64,000 nucleotides of DNA from Octopus sinensis. Lineage: Eukaryota. The translations under genes were made by a program, and so were the position numbers. The notes beneath the pieces are model-generated. The model worked only from the letters and a program-made list of their open reading frames with translations, made no database searches and was not told where the DNA came from. Positions 40,232 through 52,781 of the stretch are shown in pieces (within the stretch, counting starts at the first letter, position 1; each line of letters begins with the position of its first letter). The stretch is taken from contig NC_043000.1 of assembly GCF_006345805.1 (NCBI RefSeq), positions 73,594,001 through 73,658,000 on the forward strand. The letters run 5' to 3'.

Positions 40232-40535
40232 GGCTATTTGAAAACGTTATGAAAAAATACCGTTAAAAATGAAGGGAAATTACTCTGTTATAACTCTGCT
40301 TTGCCTGTGTACTTATACATCGCTCGCATTTTTCGTCATAAAAATTATATAAAAATACATAAAAATATATAAAAATATATAAAAATATATATTTTTATAT
40401 ATTTTTATGTATTTTTATATAATTTTTATGACGAAAAATGCGAGCGATGTATAAGTACACAGGCAAAGCAGAGTTATAACAGAGTAATTTCCCTTCATTT
40501 TTAACGGTATTTTTTCATAACGTTTTCAAATAGCC

Positions 40536-40598
40536 AGATAACCGAAGAGATGGTGTTGTGGATTTCCACTTCGGCATCTGAAACTCAGAGTTTTATCT
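40536..40598 (+). ncRNA. Type I hammerhead-like motif (element B, right arm; U4C)
   Basis: Helix I AGAUAA/UUAUCU; CCGAAGA; helix II GAUG/CAUC plus inner GUGG/CCAC; GAAA; near-palindromic ACUC-A-GAGU; GUU triplet. Confidence 0.55.
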
Positions 40599-40629
40599 TG
40601 ACTACCGAGTAATGTAACATATTGTATAG

Positions 40630-40685
<56 letters not shown>

Positions 40686-42217
40686 ATATATATATATATA
40701 TGCACACACGCATACTTGTTTGTATGTTTTTGTAACTGAATTCATATTGCACGCATTTGATGATTTGTAAACTATACATGTACAGTCATCTTGCTATGTG
40801 TTGAAATGTTATTCTATGTGTTGTTAACAAATAGCTTTTTCACTTGGTGTTGTATGTTCTTTGCATGAAACATATCTCTATTCATTATACAGAAAGTATC
40901 CAGCAGCAAAAATCTCTACCTCAAAGTACTCTCATATGACCCATGCAAGAATGGAAAAGTAGGCATTAAAATGATGATGGTAATGATATATTTACATATA
41001 ATTTTACATATATATTGTCATCATCATTTAACATCCACTTTTCCATTCTTGAGGCAAATGCTCTTCTTGTTGCCAACCCTCAACTGTTTCCAAGAAAGAT
41101 AATATTTCCACATTACTGGAAATGTTTTTCACAGAAGACTAGAAGCAAACAATTTTGCTTATATGATGGTAATGACCATTTACAATCATCTCATGACTGT
41201 CAAGACAAGGGTAAACATAAATCCACTCAGAAGGCTTTGTTCAACACGAGCTATAGTAGGGATCCATGCAGTGGAAGTGAAACTGTAGCCACACATTTGG
41301 AAAATAAACTTCTTGATCACACTAGTGTGCCTGCACCTATATTATATATCTCTATTTATAAAACTGAAATGCGAAAAGTTTATTTGTTTGTCTGGTTTTG
41401 GCACTGAGAACGAGTTAAAGGCCACTAGATCCCGTCGGATTGACTCCAAAATTTACAGGGACATGTAAAATGATGTGAGGATGCCAGTGGGCTAAGTTAG
41501 AAATCCCTATCTTAAAAGATGTCGTTGCTAGGGCCAACAACGCACTTTGACAAGTCTATTCTCATTCTTTTATGTATCTGTCTTCCTCCGTCACTCATTC
41601 TCTTTCCTCCCTTCCCATCACTTTCTATATATAACGTCGTCTAACAGCGTCTAACTCCCCTTCACTTTCTCTTTATAACGTTGTGTCACGGCGTTCTATA
41701 TCTCCCCCTCCTCCCCGCCTTCCACAGCGCTTTCACACACACACTCTCTCTCTCTCTACGTCTGTCTGCATTCATGGAGAGAATTATCATCGCCACAACC
41801 ACCACGCAATCATGAGAACAAATATTATGAATCAGATATTTATTGGGTTAATTTATATATGTGTGTATGTGTGTGTGTGTTCTATATATAAATATGTATA
41901 TATAATGTATATATACAAAGTGTATATATCTGTATTTATGTATATTAAACATTTTAATACTTTTTGATAGTTATATATATTTTAAAAAAAATCATAAATA
42001 TAAATTAATAATTTTAATTTTAAATTTTAAAAATTTTAATTTTTCAATTTTATATTTTATATATTTTGTATATTATATTTTTATTTTTATGTTTTTCACT
42101 GTTTGATTTGCCTATTAGTGGTTTTATCTCTAATTTAATTTATACATATATATATAATTTGTATACATTTGTATATATAATGCGTGCACACACACACACA
42201 CAACACACATACATACA

Positions 42218-42303
<86 letters not shown>

Positions 42304-42426
42304 TATATAGAGGGTACTATTATTCATAGGTACCGCACGCTAGGAGGGACTTTTGCAGTCAAAAGTACTAAAATAAATTGTACCGAATGCAAAACTTCAA
42401 AGCAAGTCATTTAAAAACAGAATTTA

Positions 42427-42490
42427 GTTACATATCACCTGTGATTTCGCAATCAATGCAGAATATGCATTCTATGCTCTTCAGTGCAAC
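42427..42490 (-). ncRNA. Type I hammerhead ribozyme motif (element C, left arm)
   Basis: GUUGCA-CUGAAGA-GCA...UGC-GAAA-UCAC-AG-GUGAU-A-UGUAAC: canonical core, perfect helix III AUCAC/GUGAU. Confidence 0.78.
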
Positions 42491-43051
42491 GAAGTCAAGA
42501 CATATAAGAAAAAACACAACATTACATATCCGACAACCAACCGTGGAATTCGCCGCAGCATGTACGAATGTTTATCTTTACATATCTATGAAAATGGTGG
42601 GCTTTTTCGCAATGCATTTCGGTAACAACTTGCCTATTCGGAACAAAAATTCAGTATTGAACTATTCCGGTGAAAAATATTTATATTGTTTTGACTGCAA
42701 AAGTCCCTCCTAGCGTGCGGTACCTATGAATAATAGTACCCTCTATATAATATAAATAAATATTTTCAAAGTTGAAAAAATTTACAAATTTTTTCTCTTA
42801 CGAGGTTTTTGACGCTAACTACTGATAATTTCTTATAAAGATTTTATCCTTACTTTTAAATTTATATTTTTCACCGGAATAGTTCAATACTGAATTTTTG
42901 TTCCGAGTAGGCAAGTTTGTTACCGAAATACATTGCGAAAAAGCCCGCCATTTTCATAGATATGTAAAGATAAACATTCGTACATGCTGCGGCGAATTCT
43001 ACAGTTGGTTGTCGGGTATGTAATGTGTTTTTTCTTATATGTCTTGACTTC

Positions 43052-43115
43052 GTTGCACTGAAGAGCATAGAATGCATATTCTGCATTGATTGCGAAATCG
43101 CAGGTGATATGTAAC
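43052..43115 (+). ncRNA. Type I hammerhead ribozyme motif (element C, right arm)
   Basis: Helix I GUUGCA/UGUAAC; CUGAAGA 43058-43064; helix II GCA/UGC; GAAA 43094-43097; helix III AUCGC/GUGAU; AUA triplet, cleavage predicted after 43109. Confidence 0.75.
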
Positions 43116-43528
43116 TAAATTCTGTTTTTAAATGACTTGCTTTGAAGTTTTGCATTCGGTACGATTTGTTTATTTTAGTAGTTTTGACTGCAAAAGTCCC
43201 TCCTAGCGTGCGGTACCTATGAATAATAGTACCCTCTATATAATATAAATAAATATTTTCAAAGTTGAAAAAATTTACAGATTTTTTCTCTTACGAGGTT
43301 TTTTACGCTAACTACTGATAATTTCTTATAAAGATTTTATCCTTATTTTTAAATTTATATATATATATATATATAATGTGTGCATTATGTGGTCGGTTGA
43401 GCTGAAAATATGCACACCTATGTTAAAAGTGCTGGCAAGTTTGCATGACAACTATTTTTTCCCTCAAATGAAAGGCGTGACCTCTAGGACAAAATTCCTC
43501 ATCTTATAAAATGTGGCCCCAGTAGACC

Positions 43529-44686
43529 CTAATGAAATCAGGTTATATTAACCAAAATGTGAAAAGGGGTCTAAATGGGGCTGGAAGGGGATTAAAATTT
43601 AAAGGAGCCGGTGTTTAGGAATTCTCTGTTACATCAAGCTAAAAAATTTGCGCCAGCCTTTTAATCGTCAATGTGTTGCCGTCCATGATGAAGAAGTTTT
43701 GAATGCTTGCCATGGTGAGTCTACTGTCGTGAGAAAGAATCACTTCAAAACTTGGTGTTTAGGAATTTTCTTTTACATCAAGTTCAAAATTTTACGTTAC
43801 TGTCTGTAGTTAAGAAATGCCAGCCATGGTGACTCTACTATCCTCAGATTCTATCCCTTCAAAATTTGGTTTCCAATATTTTATTATTTTTATTCAGCTC
43901 GCAAGTTCGTCTATCCCTTTTAAATGTTAGTGTTTTGCTGTCTGCCTTTCCGTTGTCACTGCCTGATATTTATGATTGATCTTTCAAAATATTTTATTTC
44001 TCAACTTACTCAAGATCTTTTGTTGTTTATAAATGGGAGAGAGATAGATAAAGATAGAGAGTAAGAGAAAGCGAGGGAGAGTCCGAGAGAAAAGAAAAGT
44101 AAGAGAATCTAATGAAATCAGGTTATATTAACCAAAATGTGAAAAGGGGTCTAAATGGGGCTGGAAGGGGATTAAAATTTAAAGGAGCCGGTGTTTAGGA
44201 ATTCTCTGTTACATCAAGCTAAAAAATTTGCGCCAGCCTTTTAATCGTCAATGTGTTGCCGTCCATGATGAAGAAGTTTTGAATGCTTGCCATGGTGAGT
44301 CTACTGTCGTGAGAAAGAATCACTTCAAAACTTGGTGTTTAGGAATTTTCTTTTACATCAAGTTCAAAATTTTACGTTACTGTCTGTAGTTAAGAAATGC
44401 CAGCCATGGTGACTCTACTATCCTCAGATTCTATCCCTTCAAAATTTGGTTTCCAATATTTTATTATTTTTATTCAGCTCGCAAGTTCGTCTATCCCTTT
44501 TAAATGTTAGTGTTTTGCTGTCTGCCTTTCCGTTGTCACTGCCTGATATTTATGATTGATCTTTCAAAATATTTTATTTCTCAACTTACTCAAGATCTTT
44601 TGTTGTTTATAAATGGGAGAGAGATAGATAAAGATAGAGAGTAAGAGAAAGCGAGGGAGAGTCCGAGAGAAAAGAAAAGTAAGAGA
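43529..44686 (+). repeat. Tandem duplication, 580 bp period
   Basis: 43529-44106 is repeated at 44109-44686 with a 2 nt (AT) junction; no differences noticed. Confidence 0.9.
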
Positions 44687-44840
44687 GTGGAAAAGTGAGA
44701 GAGAAAGGAGAGAGAAACAAAGAGGGAAAATCATCATCATCATCATCGTTTAACGTCCGTTTTCCGTGCTAGCACGGGTTGGACAGTTTGACTGGGGTCT
44801 GGGAAGCCAGGAGGCTGCACCAGGCTCCAGTCTGATCTGG

Positions 44841-45611
<771 letters not shown>

Positions 45612-45921
45612 GATCGTAAAAGGGAAAGAAAAAATAGAAAAAGAAACAAAAGAAAAAAACGATCAATAGGGATCGTGTATCACAGTGTCATGATGTAAAG
45701 TGTAAAGGGGGAAGCAGATATGGTTTATCCGTGGGAAGAAAAGCCTACGGAAAAGATTACGGTAACCTCGGTCAATATTGTTACATGTTAGCACATTTGT
45801 TTGCAAGTTGGTAACCTTCTGTTTTAAATTTTCCGGGTTCATAGGATTATTCTGAAGGTGGCTTCGTCATTCATACTTGCCATCCTTGCTTACATTCGCT
45901 CATCATATTTTGAAACATTCG

Positions 45922-48900
45922 CTAGACAAAACTTGCCTCTCTTCTCTCACTTTCCTTTTCAAGTGATACTTGAAGAAGTTGTTGAGAGATTGACCAGAGA
46001 GGAAAGTGTTTGTCTCCAATCCTTTTAGACGCGTCCACCAGATAATTCTTTCGCCATAGCCACAAGGATGATGAAAATAGCTCTTCCCTCCCGTTTGAAG
46101 GAAGGAGGCGTGACAATATTGACGATAGACTCGGCTGATAAACCGACTCGTCTCACACGTGACAGCAGTCGTTCGACGTAAGGTCGGAAATTATTGGACA
46201 CCGCACGAGTAAGTGCAGAACGGTTTCGTCGATCTGACCGCATCTCGGGCAGGTCGGCCGCGTGTTTCTCGAGCCGTGTCTGTAGAGCTTATCCCGACGG
46301 GTAGCGCTTCTCGGTAGCACTGCCAGGCCAGGGATCTCTGGAAGTTGTCCATGGGCCCTGGCCCGAAAAATCGTCTTGAACAGGCGGGTCAGGTATTCCT
46401 CGTCGACGTCCAGGTTCGCCCCGAGCTCGTCGTCGTACCTCCCCTCCTCTAATCCCCTATAGAATGCTTTGGTTGTGTTGAAGTCACTCAAGGCCAACCC
46501 GGGGCGGCATAGTTGCTTGAGAACAACGCGACACTCGCGGTGCCATTCGACCTTCCTCGGCCTCTTTTTGATCCACGACTGCAGTTTGGTCATGGAGACG
46601 AGCTGCGGGAAAGCGTGCCTCACAAACGGCGACCACACCTGTTCACCGTCGTCTACGTAGAGCCTGAGGTGTCGCAGTCTCAGCGCGTGTCTACGCATCA
46701 TCAACCACGGCATGCCCAGTCCTCCTTTAAAACGGGTGTTGACAGCAAATGGATCGCCTGACCATCGGGCCGCATCCTTTCCACAAGAAGCGAAAAAGAA
46801 TGCGTTCTAGTTTGGTGATGGTAGGGTCGGGACAAGGCACGACGGTCAGGCGGTAGTAGATGACGGACGTGATGTACGAGTTCGCCATCTCCACCCGACC
46901 GTTTAGGGACAGTTTCCTCTCGGCCCATTGCCGAGCGAGAGTGACCACCCTACTCGTTATCTCGTTCCAGTTTTTCTCCATTTGTCGGTCCGGACCAAAC
47001 CAGACTCCGAGCAACTCGACCGGACCGTCGGTCCAGCGTCCCACGATGGAGGCTCTGGTGGACGGCATGGGATTGCTTCTCCAGGTGCCGAGTCGCAAAA
47101 CCACTGATTTTTCCCGGTTGATTTTCGCTCCTGTCACCGCTTCGTAATCTTTCAGTGTCTCGCCGACCAGCTCGATGTGCTCGTGGCTAGACACTATGAC
47201 GGTGACGTCGTCCGCGTATGCAGACACGCCCGTCCCGCATCCCAATTTTCGCGGGATGCCCCTCAGAGTTGCCAGCTTCCGCAATAATGGCTCGAGAGTC
47301 AATACGTAGAGAAGCGACGAGAGGGGGCATCCCTGATGGACCGAACGTGCAATGTCGAAAGGTCTCGATAGATGTCCATTTACGGAATAACCGAACGGAT
47401 GCTTCTGTACAAAGCGGTTATCCAGCCGCGGAAGACGGGACCGAAACCAGCTGCTCTGAGGACAGCCTCCAAGTATCGATGGTCTACCCTATCGAAAGCT
47501 TTAGATTGATCCAAACTGATCAGCGCCCCACCCATGCCAGGTTCCTTAACTACCCTGTCTATGATGTAGCGCATCAGGTGGAGGTTGTCATGGATGCTCC
47601 GGCCCGGAACGGCGCACGTTTGCGCCTTGTCGACCAGTTTCTCGATGACAAGCGCCAACCTCTTGGCTAACACCTTGGCCAAAATTTTCAAGTCTGCATT
47701 AAGCAGAGTGATGGGCCTAAAGTTATCTATTACATCCCCCTTGTTTAGATCTTTCTTCAGCAGTGTTACGGCTCCTCGGCTCACAAAACCAGGAATGCTC
47801 CCATTTTGCTGCCAATTGCAGTACACCGCTGTCAAGACGTCTCCAAACAAGTTTGGCATACAACTGTAAAGCTCGTAGGGTAGACTATCCAAACCCGCCG
47901 ATTTGTCGCTCGAGCATTCTGCCATCGCGTCCTGAACTTCCGATGCCGTGATGGCACCTTCGAAGCGCCTTGCCTCTTTTGTCGAGAGTCGTGGTAGGCT
48001 GTGTAGGTAGGCACTGAAGTCCACCTTACGTTCTCGCCCGCCACTCATCCCGAACAGTCGGGAAAAATGCTGCTGAAAGGCCTCACACATTTTACTTGGC
48101 TCGAGCAATTCGCGCCCCTGTTCATCTACCAGAGACCGAATGGTGGCTCTGTTGCCCTGTTGCGCCTCTTCCACCCGAGCCACTCGCGCGGCTCCAACAC
48201 CTTCGTTCCTTAGAGCACGCATCCTAGCTCTGACAACACACCCTTCGTGTGTGGCGTTGAAGTGTTGGTCGAGGGCCAACCTCGCCGCCAAAATGTCGGA
48301 TGCGATGCTGCTTCTCATTGCCTCTTCTAGCTTCTTAACTAGCTCACCCTCTACTCTGTTTCTATCTATGGCTAGTGCTTTGCTGTACCTAATCGCTTCT
48401 GCTTTTACTGCTTTCTTGAGGGCAAACCACCATTTGTTGTTGATGATGGCTCCCGTCAAAGCTCTCTTTACTAGTGTGCTAATCCGGTCTCTGAAAACCT
48501 GTCTCGATGGGAAAGACGCGTTTAGTTTCCAGTATCCGGCACCCTGCCTATGTGTCTTACCTAAGTCTAGCGTACATGTCACAAGTTTGTGATCCGTGTA
48601 GCTGACTATGTAGAATTGTGGACATCCTACACAGTATCCTATCTAGATACGATCTCGACGACCCGATGCGGTTGCTCCATGTCCACGTTGGCGCATTCGG
48701 GTGGTCGAGTCAGTACCTGTCAGACAGTTGAAAGCGTCTGAGCAGGTCTCTGAGGCATTTGCATCCCCGTCTATTCCTATTTCTGCCCACGTAGTCTACA
48801 TGCGTGTCTAAGGTAGCATTCCAATCCCCCACTAAGAGTAAGGGACGAGACGTTCCCAAGAATACTTCTAGACGTTGAAAGAAATCCGCCCAACCTGTTA

Positions 48901-49261
48901 AAGGTGGTGCGTAGACTGATACGAGTCGAAAAGCGCACCAATTGCTGTCGTCGACATCCAGGACGACCAGTCTACCCTCCGGGTCTACGAATATTCTCTT
49001 TACTTTGAGATCCAGACTCTTGCGAAAAAGTACCGCGGTGCCACTACCGCCCATTCTTGGCAGACAGGGGGAAAATAAATGTTGAACTGTCCGCCAAACT
49101 TGGTCTTTAGGGCCCGCGGATTGTGGAATTTGGTCTCATTTATGGCTATGATTTCTAACTTGTATGACTTTATGTCATTTAAGAGGTACCCTTGTTTCCA
49201 AGGGGAACCCAAGTCACGCGCATTTACACAATCAATCTTGATCATAATCCTAGTGAATTAA
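45922..49261 (-). pseudogene. Tx1-like ORF2 (APE endonuclease, RT, C-terminal zinc finger), frameshifted
   Basis: IAINETKF; LLLVGDWNA; GAGYWKLNAS; FRPITLLNADLKILAKVLAKRL; SLDQSKAFDRVDH; SAYADDVT; CPRCGQIDETVLHLLVRCP. Confidence 0.9.
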
Positions 49262-49706
49262 AATACAAGCGAAAGGAACAGAGGGTTACTTACTGCTCGA
49301 CAGTTTTTGCTTTCTCCTCCTTTGGTTTGTCCTCGAGGAGATCTCAGTAAAGTTTCTTTGTGAGGTATTTTTGGCATTTACCAACCGCACTGGGGAAAAT
49401 GCCTTTTAGTGTGTGGTGCAGACTTCTGGAGATATATAGTATTTTGATGTGATCCGGTGGTGTTGTGTATGGGTGGTTGTTTGTTTTTATGTCATCTTCT
49501 GTTATGTTTGTTTTTGATTTGATGTATTCTATCAAATTTGTGTTTTTGGTGTCTATAGCTGTGAGCATGTTTGCTGTATATATTTTTGTGGTGTTGGTAT
49601 GGCTGTTGCTTGTGGTGGGTTTCGAAATGTCTTCCCCTTGCTTTGTTTGTGTTTGCATTTGGTTTGGTTGTGTTTCTGCTCTCTTTTTCCTTCCTTTTCT
49701 AGCTAT

Positions 49707-50943
49707 TTACCATTCCTCACTGGTTTCGTCTTCCGACAAATTTTCTGAGGAATCAGAAGGGGGTAGGGGTATGTTGTAGGCTTCTGTGTATGTCTGTGTA
49801 AGTGGTTGTGTTGTTGTTTTTGTTACTGTTGGTTGTTGAGTGTTTGTGTGTGGTGAGTGCAGTATAGGGGATGGGGAATAAGTTTTTGTATATTTTTTTG
49901 GTTTTTCTGTTCCTTTAGTTTTTGCTTTTGTTGGTGGTGTTGGTATTTTCTCAGGTTTTTTCTCAGGTATTGTATTATTTTTGATTGTTGATGGATTAGC
50001 TTGGTGTGCTTCTCTTGTCGTCTTCTGTGTTGATGGTAGTGTGGGTAGTAGTGCTTTTTTTTCGGAGTGTTTTGGTTGTGGTAGTGATTGTTGTTGTTGC
50101 TCTTGTGCAGTGGTTGGACACTTCTTTTTCAAATGTGTTTCGCTTCCGCACAAATAGCAACGTAGTCGCCTGCCCTCTACCACTACATAGAGTTTGTAGC
50201 CTTCTGGCAGTTCTGTAGTGGTGGGTATGTTTTCTCTTGTTGTTTCATCCAATTGAAGGAGGAATTGGATTGATTTTCCCGCCCAGTTTTTCTGTTCTAG
50301 AATAGCGATTTCAAGAATGTTTGTCTCTGCCATTTCAAAGCAAATGGCAGAGACTAACCTTTGTATTTCGACTTCAGGTAGTACATTTTTTATTTGGACT
50401 TTCGTCACCCTCTGGCCTAAATAAGTTGGTATCATCATCAAGTCGTCTGTATGCAGCTCCAATGTGGAAAATCGTTTTGCTAGATTTTCATTGTGGAAAC
50501 GTACTTGGACTGTGCCAAATTTATGTCCCCAACTAACATACCCCTTTGAATCCCATACATGACGAAGACATTTTTCAATTTTTTCCTGCGGTGCACTTTC
50601 TGGTCGTCTTGTCTTCTTGTTGATGACTTTGTATATTATTGTTTTTTCTTTGTGTGTTTTCCATGTGTTGTGGAATGTGAAGATGCAATTTATCTTCTTC
50701 TCTGGTGAAAAGTGCCTTTGTGAGGTTTATTTCCTGTGCGGTGAATTTTATGATTGTCCTTTTTTGTTTTATGGCTTCTGCGAAGTTTGTTTTATTTTTG
50801 GTGGTGTTAATGGCAGGGGAGTTTGTTGTAGCAGTTGAAGTCGTGGTAGTCGTGTTGGTGTTGGCGGTGTTGTCTTCGGTGGGCGGCTTTGTGATGATTT
50901 CGTTGCTGTTGTTGGTAGTGATGATGGTGGTACTGGCATTCAT
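49707..50943 (-). pseudogene. Tx1-like ORF1 (gag-like, CCHC zinc knuckle), frameshifted
   Basis: LYVVVEGRRLRCYLCGSETHLKKKC in 49707-50462; N-terminal part in 50575-50943. Confidence 0.8.
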
Positions 50944-51019
50944 GTTTGCGTCTGTATTCGTTTTTGAAATCCCTTTCTCCGTCCTTCTTTAATCAACAAG
51001 TGGTGTAGGGAGTTGGGGA

Positions 51020-51135
<116 letters not shown>

Positions 51136-51756
51136 GTATATGTACACATATTTATATATAATTATTTGCAGACTGTATATAATTTGAGATGTGAAGACAT
51201 GTTTATATACAATATACAAGATATATATGGACAGTATATATATAGAATATATATATATTGAAACAAAACTCTGTGAATGCATGAGTAACTTATTAATCAC
51301 CCTAACTCCCAAGGATGCATTAAGTATGCAAATTTGTTTATCTAATGTAATTCAACTTTTAGTAATAGTAGGATTATAAATAATGTTGCTGAGGACAGTT
51401 AAATAGTGTACTTTCTCTGATGGAATCACAACATATGACTATATTGAAACAAACGCCTTGTAATACACCAGTAATTTTCTTTCTATGTAAAATTTAGATG
51501 GTAAATATGCACATTTGTTTATTATTACTAAAATTACAATTATGCAAATGAGGAGTGGGTACCTACTACTATAAAGTATAAACTAGATTCTGCTATTAAG
51601 ATGATTAATATTTAAAGGAGGTAGCTGCTAAACTGCAGGTAATCATGCAATTGATTCACAGCTACTGAGTGGTTAATCATGTAACTATGAAGGTAATAAT
51701 TATGCTCTTAGTAAGAGTATGTAAATTAGGTTTTTGCTGTTCAAGAAGTAAATAGT

Positions 51757-52110
51757 CTCTTTTACTTGTTTCAGTCATTTGAATGTGGCCATGCTGGAGT
51801 ACCGCCTTTAGTCGAGCAAATCAACCCCAGGACTTATTCTTTGTAAGCCTAGTACTTATTCTAAGTTACAGGGACGTAAACACACCACCATTGGTTGTCA
51901 AGCGATGTTGGGGGAACAAACACAAACACATAAACACACATACATGTGTATGACAGGCTTCTTTCAGTTTCCATCTACCAAATCCGCTCACAAGACTTTG
52001 GTCGGCCCGAGGCTATAGTAGAAGACACTTGCCTAAGGTGCCACGCAGTGGGAATTACCCTGGAACCATGTGGTTGGTAAGCAAGCTACTTACCACACAG
52101 CAACTCCTGC
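51757..52110 (-). mobile_element. tRNA-derived SINE, near full length
   Basis: Same family as 21235-21670. Confidence 0.85.
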
Positions 52111-52319
52111 ACCTGATAATCAATGATAATGATTACTACAAGAGTAATCATATAAATCATATAGAGTAATCATATAAAAGGGAAAATACGAAAGTGCAGA
52201 TGTAGTCTTTAAAAGGGAACTATGAAAATATCCAATAAGTATGTTAATAGAGGATAAATATGCAAATAAGAATGTAACCCATGCAAATGAGTTCTCCACT
52301 ACTAGAGAAATGAAAAGTG

Positions 52320-52600
52320 GAACGGCTATTGGGAAGTAACTGCAGATTTACCTGGGTGCCAGGTTTTCTTTCCCATCCCAGTTTCGAAAAAAACAGATAT
52401 TTTGATGTGGTGTGAAAGAAAGTTGTAAATATAGTCGAGCTAACGGTTCCTCATGAAGATAATATGGACGCCGCTCGGGCTCGAAAATTTAACCGTTATG
52501 TAAACCTCCTCGAGGAATGTGAAGACGCAGGCTGGAAAGTGGAACATTTTCCTATCGAAGTCGGATGTACACGCATGTTGTTTCTTAATAATGTCGCTTA
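52320..52600 (+). mobile_element. R2-superfamily (Hero/NeSL-like) retrotransposon 3' fragment, restriction-like endonuclease
   Basis: WEVTADLPG...DILMW...IVELTVPHEDNMDAARARKFNRYVNLLEECEDAGWKVEHFPIEVGC. Confidence 0.8.
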
Positions 52601-52781
52601 TTATGCAGTAAGTTAAAAGTGTTTTTTGGTCGTACAAAGTTAAAATTTTGTGTCTGTTACAGTTAAATTCGATTATTATAATTTGAAAAAAGGAACTATT
52701 TATTGCTTGTTTTGAAGCAAAATTTGTTTTAATTCCCCCGTGGGGGAAACGTTTTACTGTATTTATTAGTGCTTTTACACA

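Larger units (their letters stand above)
40132..40635. mobile_element. Fold-back element B: essentially perfect ~500 bp palindrome, hammerhead-like motif in each arm
   Basis: Arms identical by eye apart from one extra AAAAATATAT unit at the centre; the right arm ends in (TA)n. Confidence 0.9.
42301..43360. mobile_element. Fold-back element C: ~380 bp inverted arms (42301-42680, 42864-43244), hammerhead in each arm
   Basis: Arms are slightly diverged reverse complements; spacer 42689-42866 is a direct copy of 43182-43360; sits in the (TA)n tract of the Helitron. Confidence 0.85.
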
